Of a stretch of DNA of 64,000 nt, positions 14,664-27,793 are shown piece by piece. Position 1 is the stretch's first letter, and each line of letters opens with the position of its first letter. Under the pieces are notes generated by a model, which worked only from the letters and a program-made list of their open reading frames with translations, did not search any database and was not told the DNA's origin. The position numbers were made by a program, and so were the translations under genes. The DNA comes from Chrysomallon squamiferum. Taxonomy: Eukaryota > Animalia > Mollusca. Location of the stretch: assembly GCA_012295275.1 (NCBI GenBank), contig CM022675.1, positions 2,046,001-2,110,000 of the forward strand, in the 5' to 3' direction.

Positions 14664-14883
14664 TTTTGCTGCAACTGCTATTACTATTATTTTGATTATT
14701 ATTAAATAAAATATGAGAAAAAAAATCTACATTTTCTTACTTGTAGTAAACCCAAATGTAAGTTCTTCATCTAAAGATACAGCTGCTGATTCTGAAATTG
14801 AAGACCCGTCTTTGAGGTTGATGTTGAACTGGACAAGCGAGGAGTCTGTTGAGTTGACTGTGTTTGTGATATTCTGTCCGTTT
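14446..14883 (-). pseudogene. Orphan paralogues of EGF-ZP exon 6 (14883-14741) and exon 7 (14490-14446)
   Basis: NGQNITNTVNSTDSSLVQFNINLKDGSSISESAAVSLDEELTFGFTT and NLTSTVPDKIDDIKP; same 143/45-nt lengths and intact AG/GT. Exons 1-5 and SRCR exons are not adjacent. Confidence 0.7.
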
Positions 14884-17149
14884 CTGCAGAATAACATTAC
14901 AAATAAACACACGTAAAACATAATATCGTAAACAAGATTAATATTCACACTTTCAATATATGCATTTTCTTCTTCACCATAACCGATGGTTTTATTTCTT
15001 GGCATCTGAGGTCAGTTCATAAAATGTACGTCTGTCATACGTTTTCAAATATTAGCTGCATATTAATAATTAACGTTTATAACGTGTTAATATAAACAAT
15101 TTTCTGCTAATGAACTAGTAAATAAAACTAAATGATAAAACACAAAGATATATATACATACTGCTTAAATTACGTTCAATACTATTTTAATTACTGCTTT
15201 GTACACAGAAAAAATGCAATCTGTTTTTTCTTAAGGCTTTTTCTGAGAGTAAAATGTCGCAAAAAAAAAAAAAAAAACAAAATCTATTTTATTTAAAGAA
15301 ATTACAATTATAAGGAGCTGTGATCTTTTATATTAGTCTAACCTGAAATTAATAAACATGTATAACTTTTCGGTGTTAAAAGTTCTATTCCTAAAAGTCC
15401 AACCAGACTGAGTCCCCATGTGTGGCACGACTCAGTCTACTAGAAACAGACATTTTATTTCTTTTTAAAACATTTATCACAATTAAATTTCCTGTGAATT
15501 TGAAACTGATGAACCGTGTAACAGTTCCTCTACACGTCTAGAACAGACTGTGATAGAGAGCAATACATACATTAATAATATGACACCACGAGTCTATACA
15601 TATAAATAAACCACACACACACACGCACGCGCACACACACACACGCACGCACGCACACACACACAGAAGTATATGTGTACTGTAAATCCATGCCTGAATA
15701 TTGAAAACTATATGGACAATTCCATTGCCCAAGGAACAAAAGGAGAAACCTTACATACAATAATGAAGATTATTTTTACTGCTTATTTTTACTTTGTCAA
15801 TCTGAAGACGCGTCATGTAATTTTACTACTACAGACAACACAAAACAGGAGTATTAAGAATATTAAAACACTGACACTAAACTGGCTTTGGCAGTTGATT
15901 TCACTCAGTTTATAATGTCACAGCATCTGTTTAAAAAATAAGTCAGTTTAAGGTAATTCTTGGAAATAGCTAACTAAATACTGGATTTAAAACAATGAGC
16001 CAGTCCATCATAAAACAAAAAAAAAATTAAAAAAATCTAAATTGTGAGAAGATAATCATGTACTTTCTAACTCTTATTACCAGCCAAGGCAAAGTTAAAA
16101 AATACATCAATTTTTGTTATGTCTACTTGAGAGAGAGCAGGACACTTTAGCATTCATATAAATCAGGACATTTTTTACTACCACCGACTTATTTATTTAC
16201 CATTTGTGAACAGAAAATGGTTTCACCAAACACAGTGAGGTCACCTGCAGCACAATGACGTTTTTACCCACAATTCTTCAGTTTTTAAAGAAAAAATGTA
16301 CACCACGTTCATGAGGGAACGTGTTCAAAATAAATAAAGTTTGTGTATTCAACCTTTTCAGACTGGTCTCAAAAATTGTCATTTCAAGCCCAAGAAGAGC
16401 ACAGAGTATTGCAAAGTAATTACAGATTTTATAATAAAATGGAGATTAATAACAGACAAAAAAAAAAAAAAAAAAACAGACATGTGTAGACAGAAGAGTA
16501 AAGAAACAGAAGATGGCAGAACGCGGAGCATGTTGAGAGCAGTGAGAAGAGCAGAGACAATACAACTGGATGCGTTCAAATGTGACAAATCCGTGGATAA
16601 AAGCGATCACTAATGAGCATTCACATTTCCACATACTCCTAAATTACGAAAACTGCAAGCACGCACAAAATCAAGTTTATGGCCATGACTGACATGGATG
16701 ACTTAGCGGAAGTGACTTGAGATGTCTGAAACACTGATTGAGATGAAACAATTTCAAAAGTAGTAGAAGATGCATCAACTAATGATCTACGCGTTTTCAT
16801 TTCTTCCTTATTACCCCTGTTTATGGAACACTTCTATACTATACGTGCCAGTATCAAGACGAAATACAAAGTGCTCATTGGCAGCAATATCAAGCAGGCT
16901 TCTTACAGTATTCATGTGACATATTGCCTTGCCGCACTCAACTTTAATGGCACCTGATAATTTTGCACATTCCAAATACTCTATCACAGGAAACGATCCT
17001 CACTTCAGTGAAACCTGTACTCATTTGGTCTGATGCCACATTTTAAAATCCGATAGAGATACACGACTTGAGACCCTCGAAGAGAAAAGCTTTTTGCGGA
17101 TGCCCCACACATGAGAGGAATTGATCGGATCCGCTTCAGTGTATCAGTA

Positions 17150-17357
17150 TATCTATATCTATCCATCTATATCTATATCTATCCAACTATATCTATATCT
17201 ATCCATCTATATCTATATCTATATCTATATCTATATCTATATCTATATCTATCCATCTATATCTATATCTATCCAACTATATCTGTATCTATATCTATAT
17301 CTATATCTATATCTATATCTATCCATCTATATCTATATCTATATCTATCCATCTATA
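17150..17357. repeat. (ATCTAT)n array, much shorter in the duplicate at ~35950-36017
   Basis: Direct reading. Confidence 0.9.
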
Positions 17358-18363
17358 TTTATGCGTTAATTTATTAGTTGACATCAAATGTCAAAATGTT
17401 GTACACACTTAACCGAAATTTATATAAGAAACATTGTTTTGCTTTGGCATACTTAAAAGTGTTTATGTGGCAGTATTGATAAACGATGTAATAAAATCTG
17501 ATATGCTAATACCTTATTATTCCATTGTTTTGGCGACCTCCATTAGTCAGAACAAAATAAGACAATGACACAATGCAGTGATATCAGTTCAAACACTCGT
17601 TTTACATCTTTATAACAAGAGTTTGTTCTGACTCAAGAAGACTTTTGTAGTGAAAACATAGACGACATATGCTGTGACATCACTACTACAGAGTGATATC
17701 TATATATATTAAACTGTACCATTTGTTTTACACTCAGTTACGACTAGCCTGCAGAAAGCAGGTTTAACATAATTTAAAATAATACCGAGCATGTTTACTT
17801 TCTTAATATCTCCACAGGGACACTTTAAGTATAAGAAATAAAGTAAAGTAAAGTAAAGTAAAGTAAAGTAAAATTAAATAAATAAAAATAAAACTAACAA
17901 ACAAATAAATAAATAAATAAAATAAATGAGATAGATAAAAGAAAATAATAATAATAATAATGTTAAAAATGATAGGGTTTAATCCGTATATTAAAAAAAA
18001 AAAAAAGAAAAAAATGATTTCTGAAGGTTAATTGCCTGTTATAAAATATAGTACAATATCATGTAATACAATGAAATAGCATGTTAATTTAACTTTGAGG
18101 TTTATGTCACAGCAGTAGCAACAATAACAACAACAACATAAGTAAAACTCAATAAACTCAATATTAAAACAGCTGATATGTGTTTTGTTATATAGAGAAT
18201 TTACATATAAACATTTGATAACGTCAGACGCATGATAATGTACAAACAACACAAACATATTAACTGAAGTAAAGTAACGTGAACCTACCTTGTTTCTTGT
18301 AACACTCAGAAAAAAAGCTTTGTCCTTACTTACACAGAATAAAACATAAAACTGCATCTCACG

Positions 18364-18563
18364 NNNNNNNNNNNNNNNNNNNNNNNNNNNNNNNNNNNNN
18401 NNNNNNNNNNNNNNNNNNNNNNNNNNNNNNNNNNNNNNNNNNNNNNNNNNNNNNNNNNNNNNNNNNNNNNNNNNNNNNNNNNNNNNNNNNNNNNNNNNNN
18501 NNNNNNNNNNNNNNNNNNNNNNNNNNNNNNNNNNNNNNNNNNNNNNNNNNNNNNNNNNNNNNN
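18364..18563. other. Assembly gap (200 N)
   Basis: Run of n. Confidence 1.
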
Positions 18564-18607
18564 ATTGAAGTTACCCACACTTGACATATTAGAATTACAA
18601 TACTGAC

Positions 18608-19096
18608 TTGTCTCCAGCTCACAGTTGTAGCCAGTGTAGTCATTTCCACAGTCACAGGTGCCGTCATTTTGACAAGTTTTATTATTAGCACAATCCTGAC
18701 CCTGTCGTCTGCAGTCGAAGTATTCTTCACCTGTAAAACAACATTTTTAACATAGGATAACTTTCATGACTGAAAATTGTTATTGAATAAAAGAAAGAAA
18801 AAAATACATATGTGACAGATTTTACTTTAAATTGCAATAGAGGTAGGAGGAATAGTAGTAATAATAATAATAATAATAATAAAATAGAAGAGAATAGACG
18901 TTAGGAAGAATAATGTGGAGATAACCAGTAAACATGACAACTGTTGTGACCAGTATGAAATAAAGAAAGCAGCATATCGAAATTATAGTCATCCAAATTT
19001 TTGTTTCAAATTTTATTTATTTATTTATTTAGAAATATTAATCATTATTTTACTTTTATTAATCAGTATTATATAGGTTTTTTCACTGTTCAGATG

Positions 19097-19141
<45 letters not shown>

Positions 19142-19433
19142 GCGTATTTAATTACTGAAGTCGTCTTGTTCTTAACCCTATTTCACCATGTAAACCAAAA
19201 AATATATATCATCATTTAAAGGAATTCTTTCTAAAATATTAATGTTATAATTTGAATGATGTATTTGTTTTTAATATTTTGTTCCACTGTGTGAACTATC
19301 TATTTTCAAATTCCCCTTCTTTTTGTGACAACAGACACATACAATATTTCTATAAAGAAACAGAGACGAAAATAAAGTTACCTCGAGTGATGGAACAACT
19401 TAGCAGTAGCAGATAGACGAAAGATATCCACAT
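18608..19433 (-). CDS. Exons 1-2 (19433-19382, 18730-18608) of another EGF-ZP gene copy, cut by the assembly gap
   Basis: Essentially identical to 52089-52038 and 51370-51248; the following intron runs into the N-gap. Confidence 0.8.
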
Positions 19434-20144
19434 ATTTACTTTATACTGAAAAGAAGATTAAATAAATAAACAAACAAAAAAAACAAAACAACTAATAAAT
19501 TAAAAATAAATAAATAAATAAATACCTATGATGTTATATTTTATGAATAGTATTGTGTATGCTTATGTGTGTCTGTGTGTACCTGTCAAATATAGGTGAT
19601 AATCAAACATACGTCATAAAACAATAGAGTATTAACACAATCATTAACTGTTATGAATCACATTTTTTTCTTAAAATCGTAGTTTTATGTGTTGTACACA
19701 GCAATATGCATTACTACATACGTACTTACAGACATACATACATAAACAAAAAATAGTACACACAAATCTGGAGAATTGGCGCAGACTGACCCCTTACCAA
19801 ATTTTCTAATTTGACTGCTATGTAATAGCTGGTACAGTCACTGTTCAAGTTAAACAAGCCGAGTTGCAGTGGTGAGTGTATGGACCAATCGAGAAATCAA
19901 AGTTAATAGAGCTTCTCAGTTGGTGTTTTATGATCAGATAGTTAGTTTTTAAAATAGCTTTTAAGATGATTTGCATACGTTTGCTATTTCATGAGGTAAA
20001 TCAGAACCCATAAATGAGATTAAATCCGATGAAAAAGACGCCAGATGATCTTGGATTCACTTCACGAATATACAGTAACGTGAAAATATCATTACACTAC
20101 AACATGCACATTTACAGATGTCCTTGCATACGCACGTCCTGAAA

Positions 20145-20910
20145 CTGTACAAACACATTGACTGAAGTAATGTACATATGTATTTACAGAAAGTGGACAT
20201 AAACAAGTTATCATACAAATTACATTGACTGAAGTAATGTATATATGCATTTAGAGAAAGTGGACACTAAAGAAATTATACAAATTACATTGACTGAAGT
20301 AATGTACACATGTATATTTACAGAAAGTGGACACTAAAGAAGTAATACAAATTACATTGACTGAAGTAATGTATATATGTATTTAGAGAAAGTGGACACT
20401 AAATAAGTTATACAAATTACATTGACTGAAGTAATGTACATGAATATTTACAGAAAGTGTACACTAAAGTAATTTTACAAATTACATTTACTGAAGTAAT
20501 ATACCCATGTATTTACAGAAAGTGGACACTAAATAAGTTATACAAATTACATTGACTGAAGTAATGTACATATATATTTAGAGAAAGTGTACACTAAAGT
20601 AATTTTACAAATTACATTTACTGAAGTAATATACCCATGTATTTACAGAAAGTGGACACTAAATAAGTTATACAAATTACATTGACTGAAGTAATGTACA
20701 TATATATTTAGAGAAAGTGTACACTAAAGTAATTTTACAAATTACATTTACTGAAGTAATATACCCATGTATTTACAGAAAGTGGACACTAAATAAGTTA
20801 TACAAATTACATTAACTAAAGTAATGTACATATGTATTTACAGAAAGTTAACACTAAAGAAGTTATACAAATTACATTAACTAAAGTAATGTACATGTGT
20901 ATTTACATAA
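20145..20910. repeat. ~61-bp minisatellite (duplicate at ~52800-53550)
   Basis: tacaaattacattgactgaagtaatgtacat...agaaagtggacactaaa, about 12 copies. Confidence 0.9.
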
Positions 20911-21819
20911 GTTTTAAATTTCACTCACAAAATATCACCTGCTTTTATTGTAAAATATTAATGCAATCAGGAAATTAAAACACACACACACACAGACAGA
21001 GAGACACACACACACACACACAAACACAATCACACACAGAACACTACCCAACAAACAGCAAGCCATTCACGACCAGTGAAGCATTTTCGTAGAGCAGTAG
21101 ACGCGAGATGTCTCGAGGTAAAACTGTTTGTATGTCTAACAAGAACTACAAGATTCCATGTATTATTATCTACACACAAATGAGAGACTTACAATTGTAA
21201 CACCTGCAAGAGTTAGGTAATCTTAGGACGATGTTTTAGTCTAGTTTCTTAATATTTTCTTAAACACAGTTACAAATATCTGAAAAGTGTCAGCTTGTGT
21301 CTCAAAAATAAATAAATAAATAAATAAACTAATCAGAAAAAGTATCATAGAGAATTAACATATAATAATAAAATGAATTGAAAATAATAATACAAAATAG
21401 CGCTAACCTGAAATGGAATAGAATATACTGAAATGAACAACAATAACAAACTGAAAAACAGAGGTATAGATAGACACAAAGAAAACAGATATATAAAGAA
21501 GCAGATAGATGCATAGGTGTATACACTGAAAGAGTGTAGGTTGGTAGGTAGGTGGGTACTCAAGAATGAATAACATAGGTAACCAGATTCAAAAAAAAAA
21601 AAAAAAAAATTTCATACAAAATTATCACACATAAAGAAATGAGTTATGGAGGAAAAGGTCAAGATGATCTTCAAACACAACTGACTGAATTTGAATGTTT
21701 AACTGTTCTTTAATTTTAAGTAAATCAGCTTTGGTGTAAAACAGGAATCAAAGAAATCTACGATCTATTTTTGGACATCCATAAGACACATACAACTGGT
21801 AAAAAGTGTTTCTAATAAT

Positions 21820-21931
<112 letters not shown>

Positions 21932-23863
21932 GGAGAGAGAATCGCAGTACTAATATGCTAAATATATAAATAACACAGATACATTTAGACTAAGGTAAAG
22001 ACGAAGAAAATAGAATAGAAGAGAAGATAATAAATAAACTATTTTTGGTGTACTGATCCTTTTTTATATTTCCTCTGTGTTTGGCAAACAATGTTTTATT
22101 TTTCATGAGACTAAAAGTAATAAAATGCAACAAAAATAAAATAAAATTAAATTAAATAATAAATATAAATATATTACTCACAAATGTGGCTGAAACAATG
22201 TGTAAAAATAAATTAATAACTAATATACTTTTCTACTTGAAATAATATCAGAAAACAAAGAGTACATATTAACAGATACATTCAAGTATTGATTCTTTGT
22301 TCTGTACTGTGTTGTTAATTGACTGTTTACACCATTCGTCTGAAAATACAATTTCGTGTCATCTCGTAATCCACTCTACCATAAGATGTGTTTTCTTTAC
22401 TCTGTAATCAAACACCAGAAGATCTAATTATGACAAAACTTTATTTATTGTCGTGTTGTTAATTTACTGTTTACATGAAATGCCTAGAACTCTCAGAGAC
22501 AGTCTGTGTATTAACTTATGTCACTGTAACATTCTTACTGTGCACTTTTAGAAAGAAAACAATGAGAAAAGACGTTATTCAGAAGTATATATTATCATAT
22601 ATTCACTGGTCCAAAATGAGTCTTAGTATTAACATTAGTGTTAGTGTAGCAGTTGTAGTAGTAGTAGTAGCAGCAGTAAGTGTAGCAGCACTGTTTACAT
22701 AATATAGATTTCCTGACGTATCACAAAATATAAAATTAGTGACTTATACATTTATTGAAGTAAAATACAAACACACACACACACACACATATACACATAC
22801 ACACACACACATATATATATGTATATGGAAATGCGAATTGAACGTACCTTGTTATTGTAACACTCTAACCGTGTGATGTGTTTGGAAAGAAATGTAAAAA
22901 TGTGTATTACGCTTTTCACTATTTTTGGGATAAAAAAAAAAAAAGATGACTTCAATGCATCACCGACTTTAAATCATATGTCATGTGAAGTCATAACTAC
23001 TGTATACAAACATTTCTTTTTTTCTTTTATTATTATTATTATTTTTATTATTATTGGGATTTTGTCTTGAGTTTTTTATTTCTTGTTTGGTTGATTTCTT
23101 GGTCAAATTTGTGACTAAGAAAACCACGAGGATGAATTATCTGTATGATAAAAGAGGTTAACGAGCTAAAAGAGAACACAAACTTGTCTGATAGTATTAA
23201 ACACGATTAAATGCACGTACGTCAATCATTTAGTGTTTTCCACCTGAATTCCCTTTTAAAAATAGATATGTTTTAAAGTTGTAACAGTCGTATCTAAATC
23301 TTATAATCTCTGTGTTATTTAATTTGGTAAATTATGTGTTTAGTGTTGAGTCAGTGAGAATTCTAAGTTTAACTCATTTGTTCTTAAAGATAAATTTTAA
23401 AAAGTTTTATTTAATTGCTAATTTATTTCTGACCGAGTGGAAATCATATATTTATCTCATGTTTTAATTTTGAATAAGTGAGAACGATGTTTATTCACAG
23501 CACTAAAACAGAAATGCACCTAAACAAACATACACACACAGACATGCACACAAAGCTGATATTTATAGATATATGTACGCATGTGTGTATAGTAATAAAA
23601 TCTTAATGATAGAGATAACGACTGGCGACGTGTCGAGGATAACCTGTTTGTGTTCGTGGAATAAAAGATACAAGAACCGAGGTATTACGCACAATTTTAC
23701 GTATAATATACGGAAATCTTACAAAAAACTGCATGTATAATGTACATGGGCGACAGACCTCATACAAACTAAGTGATTTCAATAAAACTCCAGGATCACA
23801 TTTATATAATGCCCAGCACATGGGGCGTGTCTCTAAACAAACAAACAAACAAATAAATAAATA

Positions 23864-23907
<44 letters not shown>

Positions 23908-24953
23908 AAATGCTGCTACTACTACTACTACTACTACTATTACTACTACTGTTACTACTGCTACCACTACCACTACTGCTACTACTACTACTACTACTAC
24001 TACTGCTACTACTACTAAATAATAATGATAACACTTTATCTTCTATTACTTCTGTTATTAATACATATATTACAACTACTATTTTTACTGTTTACCTACT
24101 ACATCTATGAATTCTGCTGCCATTACTTCTACTCCTACTACAACTACTAGAGCTACCACTACTGGATGTAGTCATACATGACTAAACAACGACTTAGCAG
24201 ACGAGTTAGAAACAAAGACTGTGACACAGACTTTACACGTATAATGAAAGACAGTCTCAAGATAAAGTATTACAGATATGTCCGCGGATGCAGATTTCAA
24301 TGTATTTCAGTTTGATTTATGATTAATTATTCTCTACTTTAAAAAAGAAAACATATAGAAAATGCCTTTTATACAAACAGTTATTATCATATATTGACAG
24401 ACCTAAATGAGTGTTAGTATTAGCATTAGTGTTAGAATCAATCGTAATAGTAGTAGTAGTAGTAGTAGTAGTAATGCATTTAAATGCGTACAAACATATT
24501 CATTGCAATGTTTACGTGAACCTACCTTGTTTCTTGTGACACTCAGAAATGAAACTTTGTCCTCACTTACACAGTTCTCGTTCTGTTTCTCCCTACATTT
24601 GTTTGTTTTTCTATCTCATTGTCGTTTCGTATAATTTGATATTTTAATTAGTTATTTTTGTATTTGCTATGTATTTACTTGTATGATATTTTGTTAGGGT
24701 TAACGCACTTTTTCTCATTCTGTTTCTCCCTTCAAATGTGTTTTTCTCTACCTTATTGTCGTTTCGTATAATTTGATATTTTAATTAGTTATTTTTCTAT
24801 TTGCTATGTTTTTACTTGTATGATATTTTGTTAGTGTTAAGGCACTTTTTTCTCTGCTTTTAGCTTCTAGTCAATATATCTGTCCGTGTAACCTTTTTGT
24901 ATTAATTTTGTTTTTATGATAACTATTAATGTTTCGTTTTAATACGAAATACG

Positions 24954-24987
<34 letters not shown>

Positions 24988-26007
24988 AATAGTAATAATA
25001 ATAATAATAAGAAGAAGAATCATAAATTTGCATATGTAACGCCTTGTCACAGTAATAAAAATATAGCAAATACTAATGGCTGATAGATATTTTTAAAAAC
25101 AAACACATTTTTATTTTGAATAGTGTAGACACATTCATCTGAAAATACAATTTCGTGTCACACGCTAACACCTGCAGATATAATATCTATCTTAGTTGTT
25201 TTTTGTAATATCAAGCCTAAGTTAACATCGTAATTTATTTTGAAAGTCTCTCAGTGCAATCTCTGAAAGCTCTCACAATCTGTGCAGAAAGAGCTCGGAA
25301 TTTTTATACAATGTCAAGATGATCAGAGAGGCGTGAAAACAGACGTCTTTTTTCGCTTCTTTTGTTTTTGCTTATTAATATAGTCACTGAGGTTACTCCT
25401 TTCTTGTTTGTCTTGATGGCGGAACGGTAATGTCGTCCGCCTTTGGAGTGCGGGAGAATGGGTGCCATACGTTCGTGTCTCGTCAGCGACATCGTATGAG
25501 GTTTGTGAGGTCTGACTAATTCAGTAGTAAAATAGTCAAGTATTGAATGTCACTGCGAGCTTTAAAAATAAAACACTAAGCTACATTTTAAAACGACAAT
25601 CTGCACATTGTTAATATATATATATGTTAGGAATAAACAAAACAAAAACTATAAGTAAATATTTGGATAATGCAGCTACGAGGACGAATACATATTTTTA
25701 TACCTATTTAAGATGCTTTCGTTAGATAAATCAAATAGTAATAGAGATGACTGGCTGAGAGATATATATAATAACTAACTTTTGATTGATTGGTATATTC
25801 TTAATTGACCTGCAGATACAACTCCGTGTACCACCCTAACACCCGCAGAGATAATATCTATCTCAAAGCATTTCTTTTTTACTCTATAGAAATCAGAGGC
25901 ATGCAATATGAAGCTTAATTCAAAGTCGTAATTTATTTTGAAAGTTATTCAGTGCAGTGTCTGAAAGCTCTCACAATCTGTGTAGAACGTATATTATGTG
26001 ATAACAA

Positions 26008-26047
<40 letters not shown>

Positions 26048-26051
26048 TTCT

Positions 26052-26131
<80 letters not shown>

Positions 26132-27229
26132 TTTTATTATTATTATTACCTTTTAACTTTAAAATTAAGACTTTTGGTAAATAACATCAAATATACAGTA
26201 GCATTATTAGTACCATTAGAGGTAGAAGTAGTAGAGTTATTAATGGTAATAGTAATAGTAGTTGCTGTTCTGGTAGCAACAGGCATATTAGTCACAACAG
26301 TATTAGTATCAGTTATAATTGTAGGATGCTGGTTATTTTAGTGCTACTGGTAAAAGTATTAGGAGTTGAAGTCGTCATTTCAGTATTATAATTAGTAGGT
26401 AGACATAGAACTGGCAGTATGAGAAATGGTAGGAGTAGGATTAGTGGTAGCTGTAGTATTCGAAATAATTGTTGCAGTAAAAATAACGAACAAATAGCAA
26501 CGCATACACAACCACTGAACCCTGTCCGTAGAGCAGTAGATGTGAGATGTCTCGAGGTAAAACTGTTTGTGTGACTACAAAAACTACAAGAATCGATGTG
26601 TTATTTATTATCTAAGCACAAATGTGAGACTTACTCTCGTAACACCTGGATGAGTTTAGGCAATCTTAGCAGGATGTTTTAGTCTCCTGTGTTAATATTT
26701 TCGTAAACACAGTTAAAAGTATAACTGTAAAGTATCTTCTGCTTCTGTCTTAAAACACAAAACATATATAAATAAAATAAAATAAATTGAAACGAAGAAA
26801 CAAAAAACTAATGGAAATACTAATACTAGTTCAAGTTCTAATAATAACATAATATCTATATATATATATATATTGACGGTAAACCATGTTGTTGTTTTTC
26901 TATCTTACGTAGTAGGCCCTTAGCTAAACACTAATACGTCCTCGTTCAAGAGGTGGAAAATGTTCTCAGAGATAGGTGTTTCTTTAACTTAGGAAGTTGG
27001 TCGTAACTTATGTACTAAGCTACGGATGGCAATTTAGTTTATACGTACTTGTAGTATTCGCTGGCAGCTATTTTTTATTTACTGATTACAAGATTCTTTA
27101 TTGTTGTACTATTAAGATACATTTTTTGAAAATGTATATACGAAACCCACTATTCTTGATATTACTATTGTAAATGTAACACATAATTGCAGATGAATTA
27201 TTTTGTTTGATAGTTAAAACAGAAATGTT

Positions 27230-27620
27230 GAACTGTACTGTTTCAGAGTTAACAATTGAATGTTGGAATGTTGTGTTTCAGAGCAAAAAATGAAATGTTT
27301 AAATGCTGTGTGTTTCAGAGTTAAAAATGAAATGTGCATTTAAGAGTTAAAAACAAAATGTTGAAATGTTGTTTCAGAGTTAAAAACAAAATGTTGAAAT
27401 GTTGTGTTTCAGAGTTAGAATGTATAAATGTTGTGTTTCAGAGTTAGAATGTTGAAGTGTTGTGTTTCAGAGTTAGAATATTGAAATGTTGTGTTTCAGA
27501 GTTAGAATGTTGAAATGTTGTGTTTCAGAGTTAGAATGTTGAAATGTTGTGTTTCAGAGTTAGAATATTGAAATGTTGTGTTTCACAGTTAGAATGTTGA
27601 AATGTTATGTCTCAGAGTTG
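27230..27620 (+). repeat. 29-bp minisatellite abutting the RhoGAP exon acceptor (also ~59900-60290, ~8880-9150)
   Basis: gtttcagagttagaatgttgaaatgttgt tandem copies. Confidence 0.9.
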
Positions 27621-27793
27621 CGGAGATGAAGGAGAAGACGATGATGAGTGCTGAGAACCTGGCTATCGTGTTTGCGCCGACGTTGCTGAGGCCGCTTGAA
27701 ACAGACCCCATGATCAGTCTGACGTCTGCCATGTTTGAACAGAAAGTCATAGAACTGATGCTTCTCAACTACAAAGATATATTTTCTAAATGA
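27616..27793 (+). pseudogene. Orphan last exon of a RhoGAP, chimaerin-like (RVAEMKEKTMMSAENLAIVFAPTLLR...IFSK*)
   Basis: RhoGAP C-terminal motif M.AENL.IVF.PTL.R; acceptor tctcag at 27615. No upstream RhoGAP exons seen in the window. Frame intact, so pseudogene status is inferred. Confidence 0.75.

Larger units (their letters stand above)
7750..18363 (+). repeat. Segmental duplication matching ~25880-37011, more diverged on its left side
   Basis: Shared ORFs (13461/32281, 14713/33508, 18028/36445) and colinear non-coding sequence; left boundary approximate. Confidence 0.9.
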
